A stretch of DNA of 64,000 bases from Sphingobacteriia bacterium (GTDB lineage Bacteria; Bacteroidota; Bacteroidia; UBA7662), in contig RFMW01000225.1 in the NCBI GenBank assembly GCA_009927485.1, forward strand, positions 760 to 64,759, read 5' to 3'. Shown here piece after piece: positions 1 to 10,185 of the stretch. The translations under genes and the position numbers were made by a program. The notes beneath the pieces were generated by a model. It was not told where the DNA came from and did no database searches. It worked only from the letters and a program-made list of their open reading frames with translations. The number at the start of each line of letters is the position of its first letter. The first letter of the stretch is position 1.

Positions 1-875
1 GGGGGCGTTGTTGGGCAACCGAACAATTGCCCACTGCAATTGGGAGTATCTTCGACATCGTCATCGACCGAACAATCCCCGTCACCCCAGGTATGGTAGA
101 GGTCCAGGTAATGCCCCATTTCGTGGGTCAAGGTCCTACCGTAGGCATAAATTTCATGAAGATTAAGGGGCTTACCCCCGGGTTTGAAATCCACGGAACC
201 CACCATCCTTGACCCCAAGACAATACCGTCTTTGCGTAAAACATCCGGATCCCCTACGAGCATTGCCGGGAGATACGAATAACCCAATATGCCCAAGGTA
301 ATTTGCCCAACGACCCAGATATTCAGGTAACGATCTGCGGGCCAACGCGACAAATCTTTGAGGCCCAAGGACCCGTAGGGATGGGCATTGGACAAAGCGT
401 AAGGAAGCCTGTTGATTCCTTTGTGCGATGCACCGGAGGGATCACGGCCCGCCAACACAAATTCAATGCGGGTATCCGCGCCCGCTGGATGGGTATTGAA
501 GCCCCTGGTCCCCGCCTTGCGTCGGAAATCATAATTCAACGCCAGCATCTGAGCTTGAATTTGCTCATCCGAAATATTGGATCCCTGCCCAATCACCGAG
601 TCCTCGGGCCTGTGCATCACGTGAAAAACGACCGGGATCCGAATCAAGGAATCTTGCGTTTCGGGGGAAAGACCAAGGCTCGTTAGGTCCCCACCCCTAC
701 GTTGGCGATGCTCCTGATAGTGCTGAAAGACCACACTATCCCGTTGCATTTGCTCAATTAACCGTGAATGACCACAGCGCGGTGGTCGGTTCTGCGGTTC
801 TGCAATCAAACCCTGCGCGTTAACCTCGACCAACAGCTGGAGAAAGAAAAAAGTTGTTACAATCCATGTTTTCAT
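1..875 (-). CDS. Secreted M43-family (pappalysin/ulilysin-like) zinc metalloprotease; 3' end runs off the window
   Basis: Hand translation of the minus strand from the ATG at 875 gives a signal peptide (MKTWIVTTFFFLQLLVEVNAQ) and later HEMGHYLDLYHTWGDGDCSVDDDVEDTPN, i.e. a HExxHxx[GD]xxH zinc site followed by the C..D.V.DTP element typical of M43. The frame stays open to position 1; it is absent from the ORF track only because no stop falls inside the window. Confidence 0.75.
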   Translation of the reverse strand, partial: MKTWIVTTFFFLQLLVEVNAQGLIAEPQNRPPRCGHSRLIEQMQRDSVVFQHYQEHRQRRGGDLTSLGLSPETQDSLIRIPVVFHVMHRPEDSVIGQGSNISDEQIQAQMLALNYDFRRKAGTRGFNTHPAGADTRIEFVLAGRDPSGASHKGINRLPYALSNAHPYGSLGLKDLSRWPADRYLNIWVVGQITLGILGYSYLPAMLVGDPDVLRKDGIVLGSRMVGSVDFKPGGKPLNLHEIYAYGRTLTHEMGHYLDLYHTWGDGDCSVDDDVEDTPNCSGQLFGCPTTP

Positions 876-907
876 AGGAGGGCGCGTCAAGATTAGGGCC
901 TTATGGA

Positions 908-2206
908 TCAATCCACTACCACGTATTGGTAAACATTGCCCAGATGTTGTTCAAACAATATTTGTTTGCCGGCAAGCAAACCGCTGCGCATTTTTTCCGA
1001 TTGATGCATCAAGGTCCACAGGGACAAACATTCGGTCACCTGTATTCCAAAATTCGTCAAGAGGATGTCCTGAACGGGAAGCCGCTTGTAAGGATCGTTG
1101 TCCACGCAGAGACTGAAGGATACCGCGGTGTGGCGGGCCAGGTTGGCTTTGAGCCCCTGGTCGTACAAAGCTTTGTAGATCATGGCCAATCCTTCCTCAC
1201 CGACGAAAGAGAAATCCTTCGAAACCAGTTCCAGCAAACATTGATTTTTCTTAACAATCACACAAGGTGAGAAACGGCCTTGGTCTTGCATTTTCCCAAT
1301 AACGGTGCCACCCTCGTCAGGATTCAGAAAGGAACGAACCCGCAGGGGGATGCCTTTGTTCTGCAAGGGCTGTATGGTGCGTGGGTGAATTACCGAGGCC
1401 CCGTAATAGGTCATTTCCACCGCCTCGCGGTAGGTCAAGGAAGGAAGTATCCTCGCCATGGGGAACAAACGGGGATCGGCATCCATCACCCCCGCGACAT
1501 CCTTCCATACACAGACTTCGTGAGCATCAAGCGCATAGGCCAATACCGAGGCTGTGAAATCCGAGCCCTCTCGGCCCAAAGTCGTTCGTAATCCACTCAC
1601 CGCATCTTGACCCATAAAGCCCTGGGTCAGTACACAGGTCCCGGAATTTGGAGGAGCCGCCTCACGATGCAAGGCATCATAGGCCTTAACCTTTGACACT
1701 GTCGCCTCCCATTGAATACGAGCATCACGCCAGGTGGCATCGGTCACCAACAAATCGCCTGCATCAACCCAGGTATGTGCGAAGCCTTGAATTTCGAAAT
1801 AAGCCGAAACCAAGGCCGTCGAAATCAATTCGCCATAGACCACGATTTGATCGTACAAACAATTGTAGGGGACCTGCTTGGCCCTCATACCCTCCAAGTC
1901 CGCTTTGAGCTTGGCCATCCAATACTCCAAAACATCCATTAATCGTTTTGAATCCGCGGTATTGACAGGCAGTGGAAGAATTCGGGCCTGATGGGCTTCG
2001 TGCAATTGCCCCAGTATTTCCATGGCCTGCGGCCACTGCTCCCGATGGACCGCCTGAACCAAGGTCTCGAGTTGGTTGGTGGTTTTGCCCATCGCCGAAA
2101 CGACCATCCACAACGGCCCCTCACCGTATTTGCAGACCAAACGATGAACCCTGGCGATGCCTTCCGCATCCTGGACCGATGCCCCCCCAAATTTGAAAAC
2201 GCGCAT
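908..2206 (-). CDS. lysC: Aspartate kinase
   Basis: 432 aa; N-terminal KFGGASV kinase motif and overall aspartokinase layout with C-terminal ACT-like region. Confidence 0.9.
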   Translation of the reverse strand: MRVFKFGGASVQDAEGIARVHRLVCKYGEGPLWMVVSAMGKTTNQLETLVQAVHREQWPQAMEILGQLHEAHQARILPLPVNTADSKRLMDVLEYWMAKLKADLEGMRAKQVPYNCLYDQIVVYGELISTALVSAYFEIQGFAHTWVDAGDLLVTDATWRDARIQWEATVSKVKAYDALHREAAPPNSGTCVLTQGFMGQDAVSGLRTTLGREGSDFTASVLAYALDAHEVCVWKDVAGVMDADPRLFPMARILPSLTYREAVEMTYYGASVIHPRTIQPLQNKGIPLRVRSFLNPDEGGTVIGKMQDQGRFSPCVIVKKNQCLLELVSKDFSFVGEEGLAMIYKALYDQGLKANLARHTAVSFSLCVDNDPYKRLPVQDILLTNFGIQVTECLSLWTLMHQSEKMRSGLLAGKQILFEQHLGNVYQYVVVD

Positions 2207-2215
2207 GGTTCGAAT

Positions 2216-2707
2216 TTAGGAGGATTGATACCGTTGAAGGTTGGAACCACTTAGGCGATAAGGCCACCAATTACGGAGCTGATCCGCGCCCATTGCCGTA
2301 TAAAAAGCATGGGCCGCCTCATTCCAATCCAAAACCATCCATTCCACCCGGTCCATTTGCCGGTCAGCGGCCAGGCGAAAGACCTCCTCGGCCAATAGCT
2401 TGCCCACCCCCTTGCGGCGATGTGCTTGTCGTACCACCAAATCTTCCAAAAAAAGGCAAGGCCCGCGCCACGAAGAATACTTGGTGTACACCATGGCCAT
2501 TCCCAGGACCCCATCGGTTGGTGATTCCGCCAAGACTACTTCAAACAATGGGGGGCTCTTTTCGAATCCGTGTTGTAACAAATCTTGGGGAGTAAGCACA
2601 AAGGCCTCGGGCTCCCTCTCGAAGGCCGCCAATTCAGCGATCAGGGAATGGATAACCGGGACATCGGCTGAACAAGCCATCCGCAAGCTGATTACGCTCA
2701 TGCCCAT
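2216..2707 (-). CDS. GNAT family N-acetyltransferase
   Basis: 163 aa; acetyl-CoA binding motif region (RRKGVGKLL) typical of GNAT. Confidence 0.75.
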   Translation of the reverse strand: MGMSVISLRMACSADVPVIHSLIAELAAFEREPEAFVLTPQDLLQHGFEKSPPLFEVVLAESPTDGVLGMAMVYTKYSSWRGPCLFLEDLVVRQAHRRKGVGKLLAEEVFRLAADRQMDRVEWMVLDWNEAAHAFYTAMGADQLRNWWPYRLSGSNLQRYQSS

Positions 2708-3354
2708 TGTATTTCGGGCTCTAGACCGGTACTGCTCAGGTGACCCCAGGTTTTGTCCCGTATATAATCGCAGGTCACCCCCGGGGCTCGTTCCAAGAGC
2801 ACAAAACCCTCTTGATCAAAGCCAAATACGCCCAACTCGGTCACCACTTTGCGAACACAGGCCAGGCCGGTGATGGGCAAGGTGCAACGGGGTAGCAACT
2901 TCGACTCCCCGGCTTTGTTGACATGCTGCATCGCGACCACGATATTGCGGGCCGAAGCCACGAGGTCCATGGCCCCTCCCATGCCTTTGACCATTTTGCC
3001 GGGAATTTTCCAATTGGCTATATCGCCGTTTTGCGCAACTTCCATGGCCCCCAGGACCGTAAGGTCCACTTTGCCGGAGCGTATCATCCCAAAGCTCATA
3101 GCCGAATCAAAGAAAGAAGAACCAGGCAGAGTGGTAATGGTTTGCTTACCAGCATTGATGAGATCCGGATCCTCCGAACCCTCCCAAGGGAATGGCCCCA
3201 TGCCCAACAGACCGTTTTCCGATTGCAATTGGACTTCCATTCCTTGGGGAATAAAATTGGCGACAAGAGTTGGGATACCAATGCCGAGATTGACATAGTA
3301 CCCGTCTTTTAATTCCCTGGCGATGGTTCGAGCGATGCCGTTTTTGTCCAACAT
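2698..3354 (-). CDS. scoB: 3-oxoacid CoA-transferase subunit B
   Basis: 218 aa; strong similarity pattern to CoA-transferase B subunits (..VNLGIGIPT.., ..SENGLLG..); sits directly downstream of the subunit A gene. Confidence 0.9.
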   Translation of the reverse strand: MLDKNGIARTIARELKDGYYVNLGIGIPTLVANFIPQGMEVQLQSENGLLGMGPFPWEGSEDPDLINAGKQTITTLPGSSFFDSAMSFGMIRSGKVDLTVLGAMEVAQNGDIANWKIPGKMVKGMGGAMDLVASARNIVVAMQHVNKAGESKLLPRCTLPITGLACVRKVVTELGVFGFDQEGFVLLERAPGVTCDYIRDKTWGHLSSTGLEPEIQWA

Positions 3355-3410
3355 GAGTGAAAATTCTTAGTCTTTGGGGGAGGTGAAACCGATAAGCCGT
3401 GAATGGAAAA

Positions 3411-4112
3411 TCACGAAAGCGGGGTTCGGACGGTTCGCTGCTCGATACGCTTTTCGTATTGAGTGCCTAACACTATTCTTTGTACATAAATGCCCGGAAC
3501 ATGAACGGTGTTAGGATCCAATTCACCCGGTTCCACCAATTCCTCCACCTCGGCCACTGTAATTTTGCCGGCCATCGCCATCAAAGGGTTGAAATTGCGG
3601 GCCGTCGCTTTGAAAACCAAATTGCCCATTCGATCCGCTTTCCACGCCTTGACCAAGGCATAATCGGCATCAAAGGCCATTTCCAACAAATAGGTTTTGC
3701 CCCCGAATTCCCGGCTTTCCTTGCCTTCGGCGACCTCGGTGCCCACCCCTGCAGGGGTGTAAATGGCCGGCATACCGTAGCCTGCGGCCATGCATCGTGT
3801 GGCCAGGGTTCCTTGCGGGATGAGCTCTACTTCCAATTCCCCGGATAGGAGCTGCCTTTCGAATTCGGCGTTTTCGCCCACATAACTGGAAATCATTTTG
3901 CGAACCTGACGCCCTTGGAGCATCAACCCTATGCCAAAGTCATCCACACCGGCATTGTTGGAAATGCAGGTCAAATCACGGACACCTTTACGCACCAACG
4001 CCGCAATGCAATGCTCCGGGATTCCACAGAGCCCAAAGCCACCCAGCATCAGGGTTGCCCCATCTTGGATATCGGCAAGCGCCGCATCGGCATCGGTATA
4101 AATTTTGTTCAC
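3411..4112 (-). CDS. scoA: 3-oxoacid CoA-transferase subunit A
   Basis: The ORF-track start at 4217 overlaps mutS2. The homologous start is GTG at 4112 (VNKIYTDADAALADI..GGFGLCGIPE), matching the canonical ScoA N-terminus. Confidence 0.85.
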   Translation of the reverse strand: MNKIYTDADAALADIQDGATLMLGGFGLCGIPEHCIAALVRKGVRDLTCISNNAGVDDFGIGLMLQGRQVRKMISSYVGENAEFERQLLSGELEVELIPQGTLATRCMAAGYGMPAIYTPAGVGTEVAEGKESREFGGKTYLLEMAFDADYALVKAWKADRMGNLVFKATARNFNPLMAMAGKITVAEVEELVEPGELDPNTVHVPGIYVQRIVLGTQYEKRIEQRTVRTPLS

Positions 4113-4161
4113 AGGATTAGGGTTTAAGTTCCGTGTTGAATCCCAAAAATACGAAGCGCCA

Positions 4162-6638
4162 TCAGCCCAAATCCACCCAGGTCCATCCGGAGCCTCCGGC
4201 CTCCATCGGTGCATCATTCAGGCCTTTGACATGGTGTTGCCGCTTGAGGTAGTCCCGAACCCCTTGACGGAGGGCCCCGGTACCCTTGCCGTGCAGGACA
4301 TAAATGCGGTCTTCTCCCGCGACGACAGCCCTGTCCAGGCGCTGTTGCAAAGGCAATTCCCATTCGTGCATCCGCAGACCCCGCAGATCCACCACCTGAT
4401 TCGGCAGAGGACCCGCTTCAACGGCCTTGTGAGCCCAGGATTCAGCTTTGGGAGCCCAGGATTCGGTTTTGAGATTTCGCTTGGACAAGGCCTTGAAAGG
4501 GTTGTTGACCGTGAACGGGGAGGCAGGAATTAAGCGAGCGGTTTCGGTTCGCATCCTCACCGATTCCACCATCCATTCGGTTTCCTTGGCATCGCTGTTC
4601 AAGACTTCTCCACGAAGCTGCCCATCCCTAAACTTGACCAATTGACCCACCTTGAAGGCCGACCCAAAATCTTCTGCGGGGGCCTGGTCTTGAACGGCGC
4701 CTTGATTTTGACCAGCCTCATTGTTTTGACCAGCCCCATGGGGAGGATTGTTAAAGATTGTTGATTCCAATAATTTATTTTCCATGGACTGCAATTGCTG
4801 GGCCCCCTGCTCCAAGGCTTGCAAGGCCTTGTTCCAAGCGGCACCGGGTGCATTCATCGGACTGACGCTTCGGAGGTCTTTGCGCAATTCGTCCAAATCC
4901 GTTTTGAATTGTTGCAACACAAATCCCATGGCTCGGCGTTGCTCTTCCAGGAGCCGGCGACCTTTGTTGCGCAGGTTCTGACTTAGTTCTTCGCGGTGGT
5001 GGTGGGCCTCTTGCTCCGCCAGTTCTTGCTTACGGAGAAGTTTGTCCAAGAGTTCTTCTTTGTATTGGCTAAGTTTGAGCAATTCCTCAGCCTTTGCTTT
5101 TGGTCCATCCATTCCACCAGCAAGTTTTCGCTTTGAAGATCGGTGGTCTCGGTCAATTCCGTCGCTCTGGCCAAGACCGTGTCCGGCAAACCTGCTCGCC
5201 GTGCCAGTTCCATCGCGTACGATGACCCGGGAGCCCCGACCAAGAGTTGATAGGTGGGCTTCAAGGTGGTGGTGTCAAAGCCCATGCGGGCATCCTGCAC
5301 CGTAGGCCACTGCGAGGCAAGGCGTTTGAGATTTCCGTAATGCGTGTTGAGCAATACCTTGGGTCCTTCACGCAGCCACGGCTCCAACAGGGCTTCGGCC
5401 AAGGGACCGCCCAGCGCCGGATCGGTTCCCGCCCCGAACTCATCCAAGAGAATCAGGTGATCAGAACCTGCAACCTTCAAGGCATGGGCCATCAATTGCA
5501 AATGCGCTGCATAAGTGGACAAATCCTGGTGCAGGTCCTGCCTATCCCCCATGCCCAGAACCACTCCTTGCATCAGGCAGGATGCACTGGAGGCATCGCA
5601 AGGCAAGGGCCAACCGCATTGGAAAAGGATTTGCAAAAGGCCGACCGTTTTGAGAAATACTGATTTGCCTCCTGCATTCGGTCCGGAAACCACCAGAAAA
5701 CGTTGCTCTGGACTCATGCGCCAGGAATAAGGCCAAATCTTGACCCCTTTGCTTTGACCTTCCAGCCATAACAAAGGATGATATGCGGCCATCCAATCCT
5801 GAACACCGGCCTCCAAACGTGGGAAATTAGCTTCAGGAAATTGCAAGGACCAGGAGCAAACCGCTTGAAGCACATCCCATTGGTACACCAACGACGCCCA
5901 TTGCCGTATCCCCAAGGCATGCGGTCGAATTTGCTCGCTTAGCTGGGCAAGCAAGCGGTATTTTTCGCGTCGTATCGCCCATTCGCATTCCCTGAGGTCA
6001 TTGTTGTAGGTAGAAGCCTGGGCAGGTTCAACGTAGAAATGCTGACCTGAAGCCGACACATCGTGAACGATTCCATCCACCTGTTTGCGACCCTCGGCAT
6101 TGAGCACCATGACATAACGATCATCTCGGAGGGTAACGCCCAAATCCGTTGCCCATCCAGACTCCCTTGCCTTGCGCAGGAAGGCCTCCATCCACTCGCG
6201 GGCTTCTTGCTGTTTGCGTTGCAATTGCACGGTCAATCTTGCCAAGGCGGGGCTGGCCTGGGGTGAAAGGCGGCCATCCTGACCCAGAACCTCCACCATC
6301 GCCTTGTAGGCAGGCTCGGGACTGGGCAAAGACCGTAATTGGGCGCGCAATTCCGTCAGGGCCTCCGCATGCTTTTCGGCAAATTGAAGCATCCCCAAGG
6401 CTGTGCGTACCGCAGGCCACAATTGCGCTGTTTGATCTTCATTCAACACATACCCCTCGGTTGCCATGTAAGGCCATATCGAGTCTTTCAGTTCCCAATG
6501 CAGGGATGGCCAGGCGGAGCCACGCTTTAACCAAGCGAAACATTCTTGGTAGGCCTGTCGCCGCTGGTCCATTCCCCTTCTTCGGTCAATGGAATCATCC
6601 ATGCATCCAGCAGGTCTTGGCCACCGGCGGTGCTGCAA
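4162..6638 (-). pseudogene. mutS2: Endonuclease MutS2, split into two overlapping ORFs by an apparent -1 frame change near 5095-5110 (possibly a sequencing indel)
   Basis: ORF 4983..6638 carries the MutS ATPase (Walker A: GPNAGGKS) and stays MutS2-like up to ..TDLQSENLLVEWMD. ORF 4162..5112, in a different frame, carries the coiled-coil and the C-terminal Smr domain (..IYVLHGKGTGALRQ..). Both frames are open across the 130-nt overlap. Confidence 0.85.
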
Positions 6639-6741
6639 CGATTGGCCACCATCTGGGCTATCCCATCCAGTTCCAAAGTGGAGGTGGCCGATTCCGGATA
6701 CAGGAGGAATCCGCTATGCTCTTGGTCCTCTCCGTCCTTGG

Positions 6742-7227
6742 TCATCGTAATCCGATCAAACGACGTTGGAGAATTGACTCGCAAGAATCGTACAGGGCCT
6801 GCAAGAGAACCGGCTCCTTGTCGAGCAAGTCGCGATACGTTGCCTCGTAACGGGCCGAACTAATGCCCAAAGGGGCCAGAGCCTTGGCATACAGCGAATC
6901 CATCATAGGAGGATTCGCCGTAGCTCCTGCATTAAGCACATAGTAGCGTGCCCGATAAGCTTCTGCTAATTGTATGCGCAACATGGCTTCGACCATGGAA
7001 TCCCTGGGCAGGGCTGGTTGTTTGGGGCTTGGTTCGGCAGGGTTGGACGGTTCGTCCGCAGGCCTTTCTTGAACGGGGCCTTCCTGCTCTTGGGCGGGGT
7101 CTTTTGGTTCCCCACCAGGACCTTCAGGTTTCTGTCCGCACCCTGCAAGGCCAATGACCATGATCGCCATGGTGAACACGGTTCGAAATGCAAGGGCTGG
7201 GCGGTGGCGATGGGTATCTTTGGTCAT
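6742..7227 (-). CDS. Lipoprotein, DUF4296-like
   Basis: 161 aa; signal peptide with lipobox (..VIGLAGC), proline/glutamate-rich linker, conserved C-terminal helical region. Confidence 0.55.
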   Translation of the reverse strand: MTKDTHRHRPALAFRTVFTMAIMVIGLAGCGQKPEGPGGEPKDPAQEQEGPVQERPADEPSNPAEPSPKQPALPRDSMVEAMLRIQLAEAYRARYYVLNAGATANPPMMDSLYAKALAPLGISSARYEATYRDLLDKEPVLLQALYDSCESILQRRLIGLR

Positions 7228-7325
7228 GATCGAATCAGCGGTGGCGTTAGGGGAAACGATATTCTTGAAGGAAACAAAAAAGTTGCCCCTTTGTTGCTCC
7301 TAAGGTTCCAAAGATAAAATAGCAA

Positions 7326-7991
7326 GTGCACGAGCCTCTTCATTCTTTACGACTTCGTTTAGCGGCCTATCCTGCAGCACAATTGATTGCCGTCACCAAA
7401 AAGCGACCTCTCCAGCAAATCCAAGCCTTGTACCATGAGGGCCAAAGGGCCTTCGGAGAAAATCACGCCTTGGAAATGCAGGAAAAGGCCAAGGCCATGC
7501 CCCCGGATTGCGAATGGCATTTTATAGGCCACTTGCAAACGAACAAAGTCAAAACCATTGCCGCGCATGTTCATACCATCCATTCGGTGGACAGCATGCG
7601 CCTTATGGATGAAATTCAAAAGCGAGCCGCAACGGCCCAACGCAAGATTCGAGTCCTTCTGCAAGTGCATATCGCCCAAGAGGAGCATAAATTCGGAATA
7701 CCGCCCGAGGCCCTGGGTGATTTTATGCATCAATTGCAGCGCATCGAGCATCCCAACCTCATTGTCTCCGGCCTAATGGGCATGGCCACCCAAACCGAAG
7801 ATCCAAACCAAATCCGCCAAGAATTTCGTTTGCTTCATAATTTGTTCCAACAAATCAAAACAAATTTCCGAAGCCTGGATCCCGACTTCAAAGAGATTTC
7901 CATGGGCATGTCAGGCGATTACCTCCTTGCTTTGGAGGAAGGCAGCACGATGCTGCGCATAGGCAGCCTCCTGTTCGAAGAAGGCGCTTAA
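7326..7991 (+). CDS. yggS: YggS-family pyridoxal-phosphate homeostasis protein
   Basis: 221 aa; GTG start at 7326 preceded by an in-frame TAG; ..AVTKKRP..GQRAFGEN..HFIGHLQTNK.. matches the YggS/PROSC fold. Confidence 0.85.
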   Translation: MHEPLHSLRLRLAAYPAAQLIAVTKKRPLQQIQALYHEGQRAFGENHALEMQEKAKAMPPDCEWHFIGHLQTNKVKTIAAHVHTIHSVDSMRLMDEIQKRAATAQRKIRVLLQVHIAQEEHKFGIPPEALGDFMHQLQRIEHPNLIVSGLMGMATQTEDPNQIRQEFRLLHNLFQQIKTNFRSLDPDFKEISMGMSGDYLLALEEGSTMLRIGSLLFEEGA

Positions 7992-7995
7992 GGCC

Positions 7996-9670
7996 TTAGT
8001 CCTCCTGCCAAGCTTGCCAACGACGAATCAAGGCTGCAGAAGAAGAATCCAAGCCCTGCACAGGGTCCTGCTGCACCTCCTCGAGAAGAGGTAACAACTT
8101 GCTGGCGAGAACCTTCCCTAACTCAACCCCCCATTGATCAAAGCTGTAAATATTCCATACCAGGCCTTGCACCAAGATTTTGTGCTCGTAGGCTGCAATC
8201 AAGCTGCCCAAGGCATGGGGTGTCAACTTTGGGCACATCAGGAAATTGCTGGGGCGGTTGCCTTCGAAAACCTGGTAAGGAGACAAACGCTGAATTTCAT
8301 TTTCGGAGCGACCTGCTGCCGAAGCCGCGGCCACAACCTGTTCAAGATCCCTCCCCTGCATCAAGGCTTGGGCCTGGGCAATGGCATTGGCGGTAAGGTA
8401 TCGATGATGAGGCCCCACCGGGTAATGAGATCGTGCCGGCAAGATAAAATCACAGGCCACCTTGGAGGTCCCCTGATGGATCAGTTGGTAAAAGGCGTGC
8501 TGGCCGTTGGTCCCCGGTTCACCCCATAACACAGGGCCGCTTTGGTAGGTTAAGGGCAGCCCCTGCCGATCCACGCTTTTGCCGTTGCTCTCCATGTCCG
8601 CTTGCTGCAAATAGGCCGGGAATCGCCCGAGGCATTGATCGTACGGAAGGACGGCCAGGGATTGGATATCCAGAAAATTGCGATTCCACAAGCCCAGCAA
8701 GGCCAAGGTCATCGGAAGATTCTGCTCCCAAGGGGTAAGCCGAAAATGCCGGTCCATCGCATGGGCCCCGGCCAGCAGGGCCCTGAAATGCTCGAAACCT
8801 ACCGCCAAGGCTACCGAAAGTCCGATGGCAGACCAAACTGAATAACGTCCACCGACCCAATCCCAAAAAGGAAACATCCGGTCCGGCGATATCCCAAAGG
8901 CCTTCACCGCCTGGGTGTTGGTGGACAAGGCCGCAAAATGCAAGTCCACCCCGTCCTGCCTTCCTGTTTGTTCCCAAAACCAAGCCCTGGCCGATACCGC
9001 GTTGGCCATGGTCTCTTGGGTGGTAAAGGTTTTGGAAGCGACCAGGAACAACGTGGTTTCGGGATTCAGTTTCTGAAGGGTCCTTTGCAAATGCGCTCCG
9101 TCCACATTCGAGACGAAGTGAATCCCCAGGGAATTTCGATACGGCGAAAGGGCCTCGCAGACCATCAAGGGTCCCAAATCGGAGCCTCCTATTCCGATAT
9201 TGACCACATCGGTAAAAGGCAAGCCCGTGCAGCCCCTCCAAGTGCCGTCCAACACCCCGTTCACGAAGCCTTCCATCCTCAACAAGACTTCCTTGACCAA
9301 TGCACCGGGAACGCTGCCATCCGCCAAACGAAGCGAGGCAGATGGATCCCTTAGGGCTGTATGCAAAACCGCCCTTCCCTCGGTCTCGTTGATCATCGCA
9401 CCGTTGAACATCGCCTCGATGCCTTCTTGAACCTTGCACTCTTGAGCCAAACGACGCAACCAAGCCAGACCCTGGCATCCAACAAATTCTTGGAATAATC
9501 CAAATACCAGCCCTCGGCCTCCATGCTCCAACGTTCAGCCGATGAGCATCGGCATCAAACAAATGCTTCAAGGTATGCGCCCCCCCTTCCCTGAAACCCA
9601 AGGCATGTTGTGTTAGTTGTTTCCACGCAAGAGTTTCTGTGGGATTGATTTTGGGCAATTGATCTTGCAT
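7996..9670 (-). pseudogene. pgi: Glucose-6-phosphate isomerase with apparent frame change(s) near the 5' end, about 9466-9538 (possibly sequencing indels)
   Basis: The N-terminal 48 codons (MQDQLPKINPTETLAWKQL..LKHLFDADAHRL) are in the frame of ORF 8519..9670. A middle segment in a third frame reads ..WYLDYSKNLLDA (a conserved PGI block). The rest, from ..QGLAWLRRLAQECKV..MFNGAMINETEGRAVLH onward, is in the frame of ORF 7996..9531, which is intact to the end. Confidence 0.85.
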
Positions 9671-9693
9671 ATTGCGAAGTTTAAAGAGAATCC

Positions 9694-10148
9694 GTGAGCA
9701 ACAATCGGCTATCCGACCCCCTCAAAAATAAGGCTACAGCAGCCATGGGGGAAAACATGGCTTGCGAAAGGCTGCAAAGGCAAGGATGGCATATTCTCCA
9801 TCGTAATTGGCGATCAAGTCCCTACGAAGTGGACATAATCGCCACCTTAGGACCGATCCTGGCCTTTGTAGAGGTCAAAAGCAGCCGCAGCCATCGCCAT
9901 GCCGAACCCGCCGGCAGGTTAAATACCATAAATTCTTGAACCTTTCCAAAGCGGCTTATCGTTACCTGCAAGAATTTCCCCATCGTGGGGAGATTCGATT
10001 TGATCTTATGGAATGCCGTTGGCAGAAGAACGGGGTCTTGGACTGCCTGCATTGGGAAGATTTTTGGAAACCGGATAACCTCGGTCTTCAATCGCCTAAC
10101 CTGGATTCCTTTTGGCGCAATACCGGCCGCCTCGATTCTGCTTCGTGA
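9694..10148 (+). pseudogene. yraN: YraN-family (UPF0102) endonuclease-like protein with an apparent -1 frame change near 9900-9915
   Basis: ORF 9694..9939 matches the YraN N-terminal half (..ERLQRQGWHILHRNWR..EVDIIA..LAFVEVKSSRS). The conserved C-terminal half (..VKYHKFLNLSKAAYRYL...GEIRFDLME..) continues in the frame of ORF 9807..10148. Confidence 0.7.
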
Positions 10149-10185
10149 AGGGTTGAGAGGAGTCCTTCGAAGCTACCTTCGTCAC

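Noticed and set aside
843-856. Suspected frameshift in a poly-T tract just after the M43 protease signal peptide
   Set aside because: My first hand transcription had T7. A recount from the plus strand (AGAAAGAAAAAAG) gives T6 on the minus strand, and the ORF is then continuous (MKTWIVTTFFFLQLLVEVNAQGL..). This was my transcription error, not a feature.
6149-6850. 233-aa plus-strand ORF antisense to mutS2
   Set aside because: Antisense to a strongly supported gene, with low-complexity composition.
8519-9670. 383-aa ORF as a separate gene
   Set aside because: Only its first 48 codons are real, as the PGI N-terminus. The remainder is an off-frame read over pgi.
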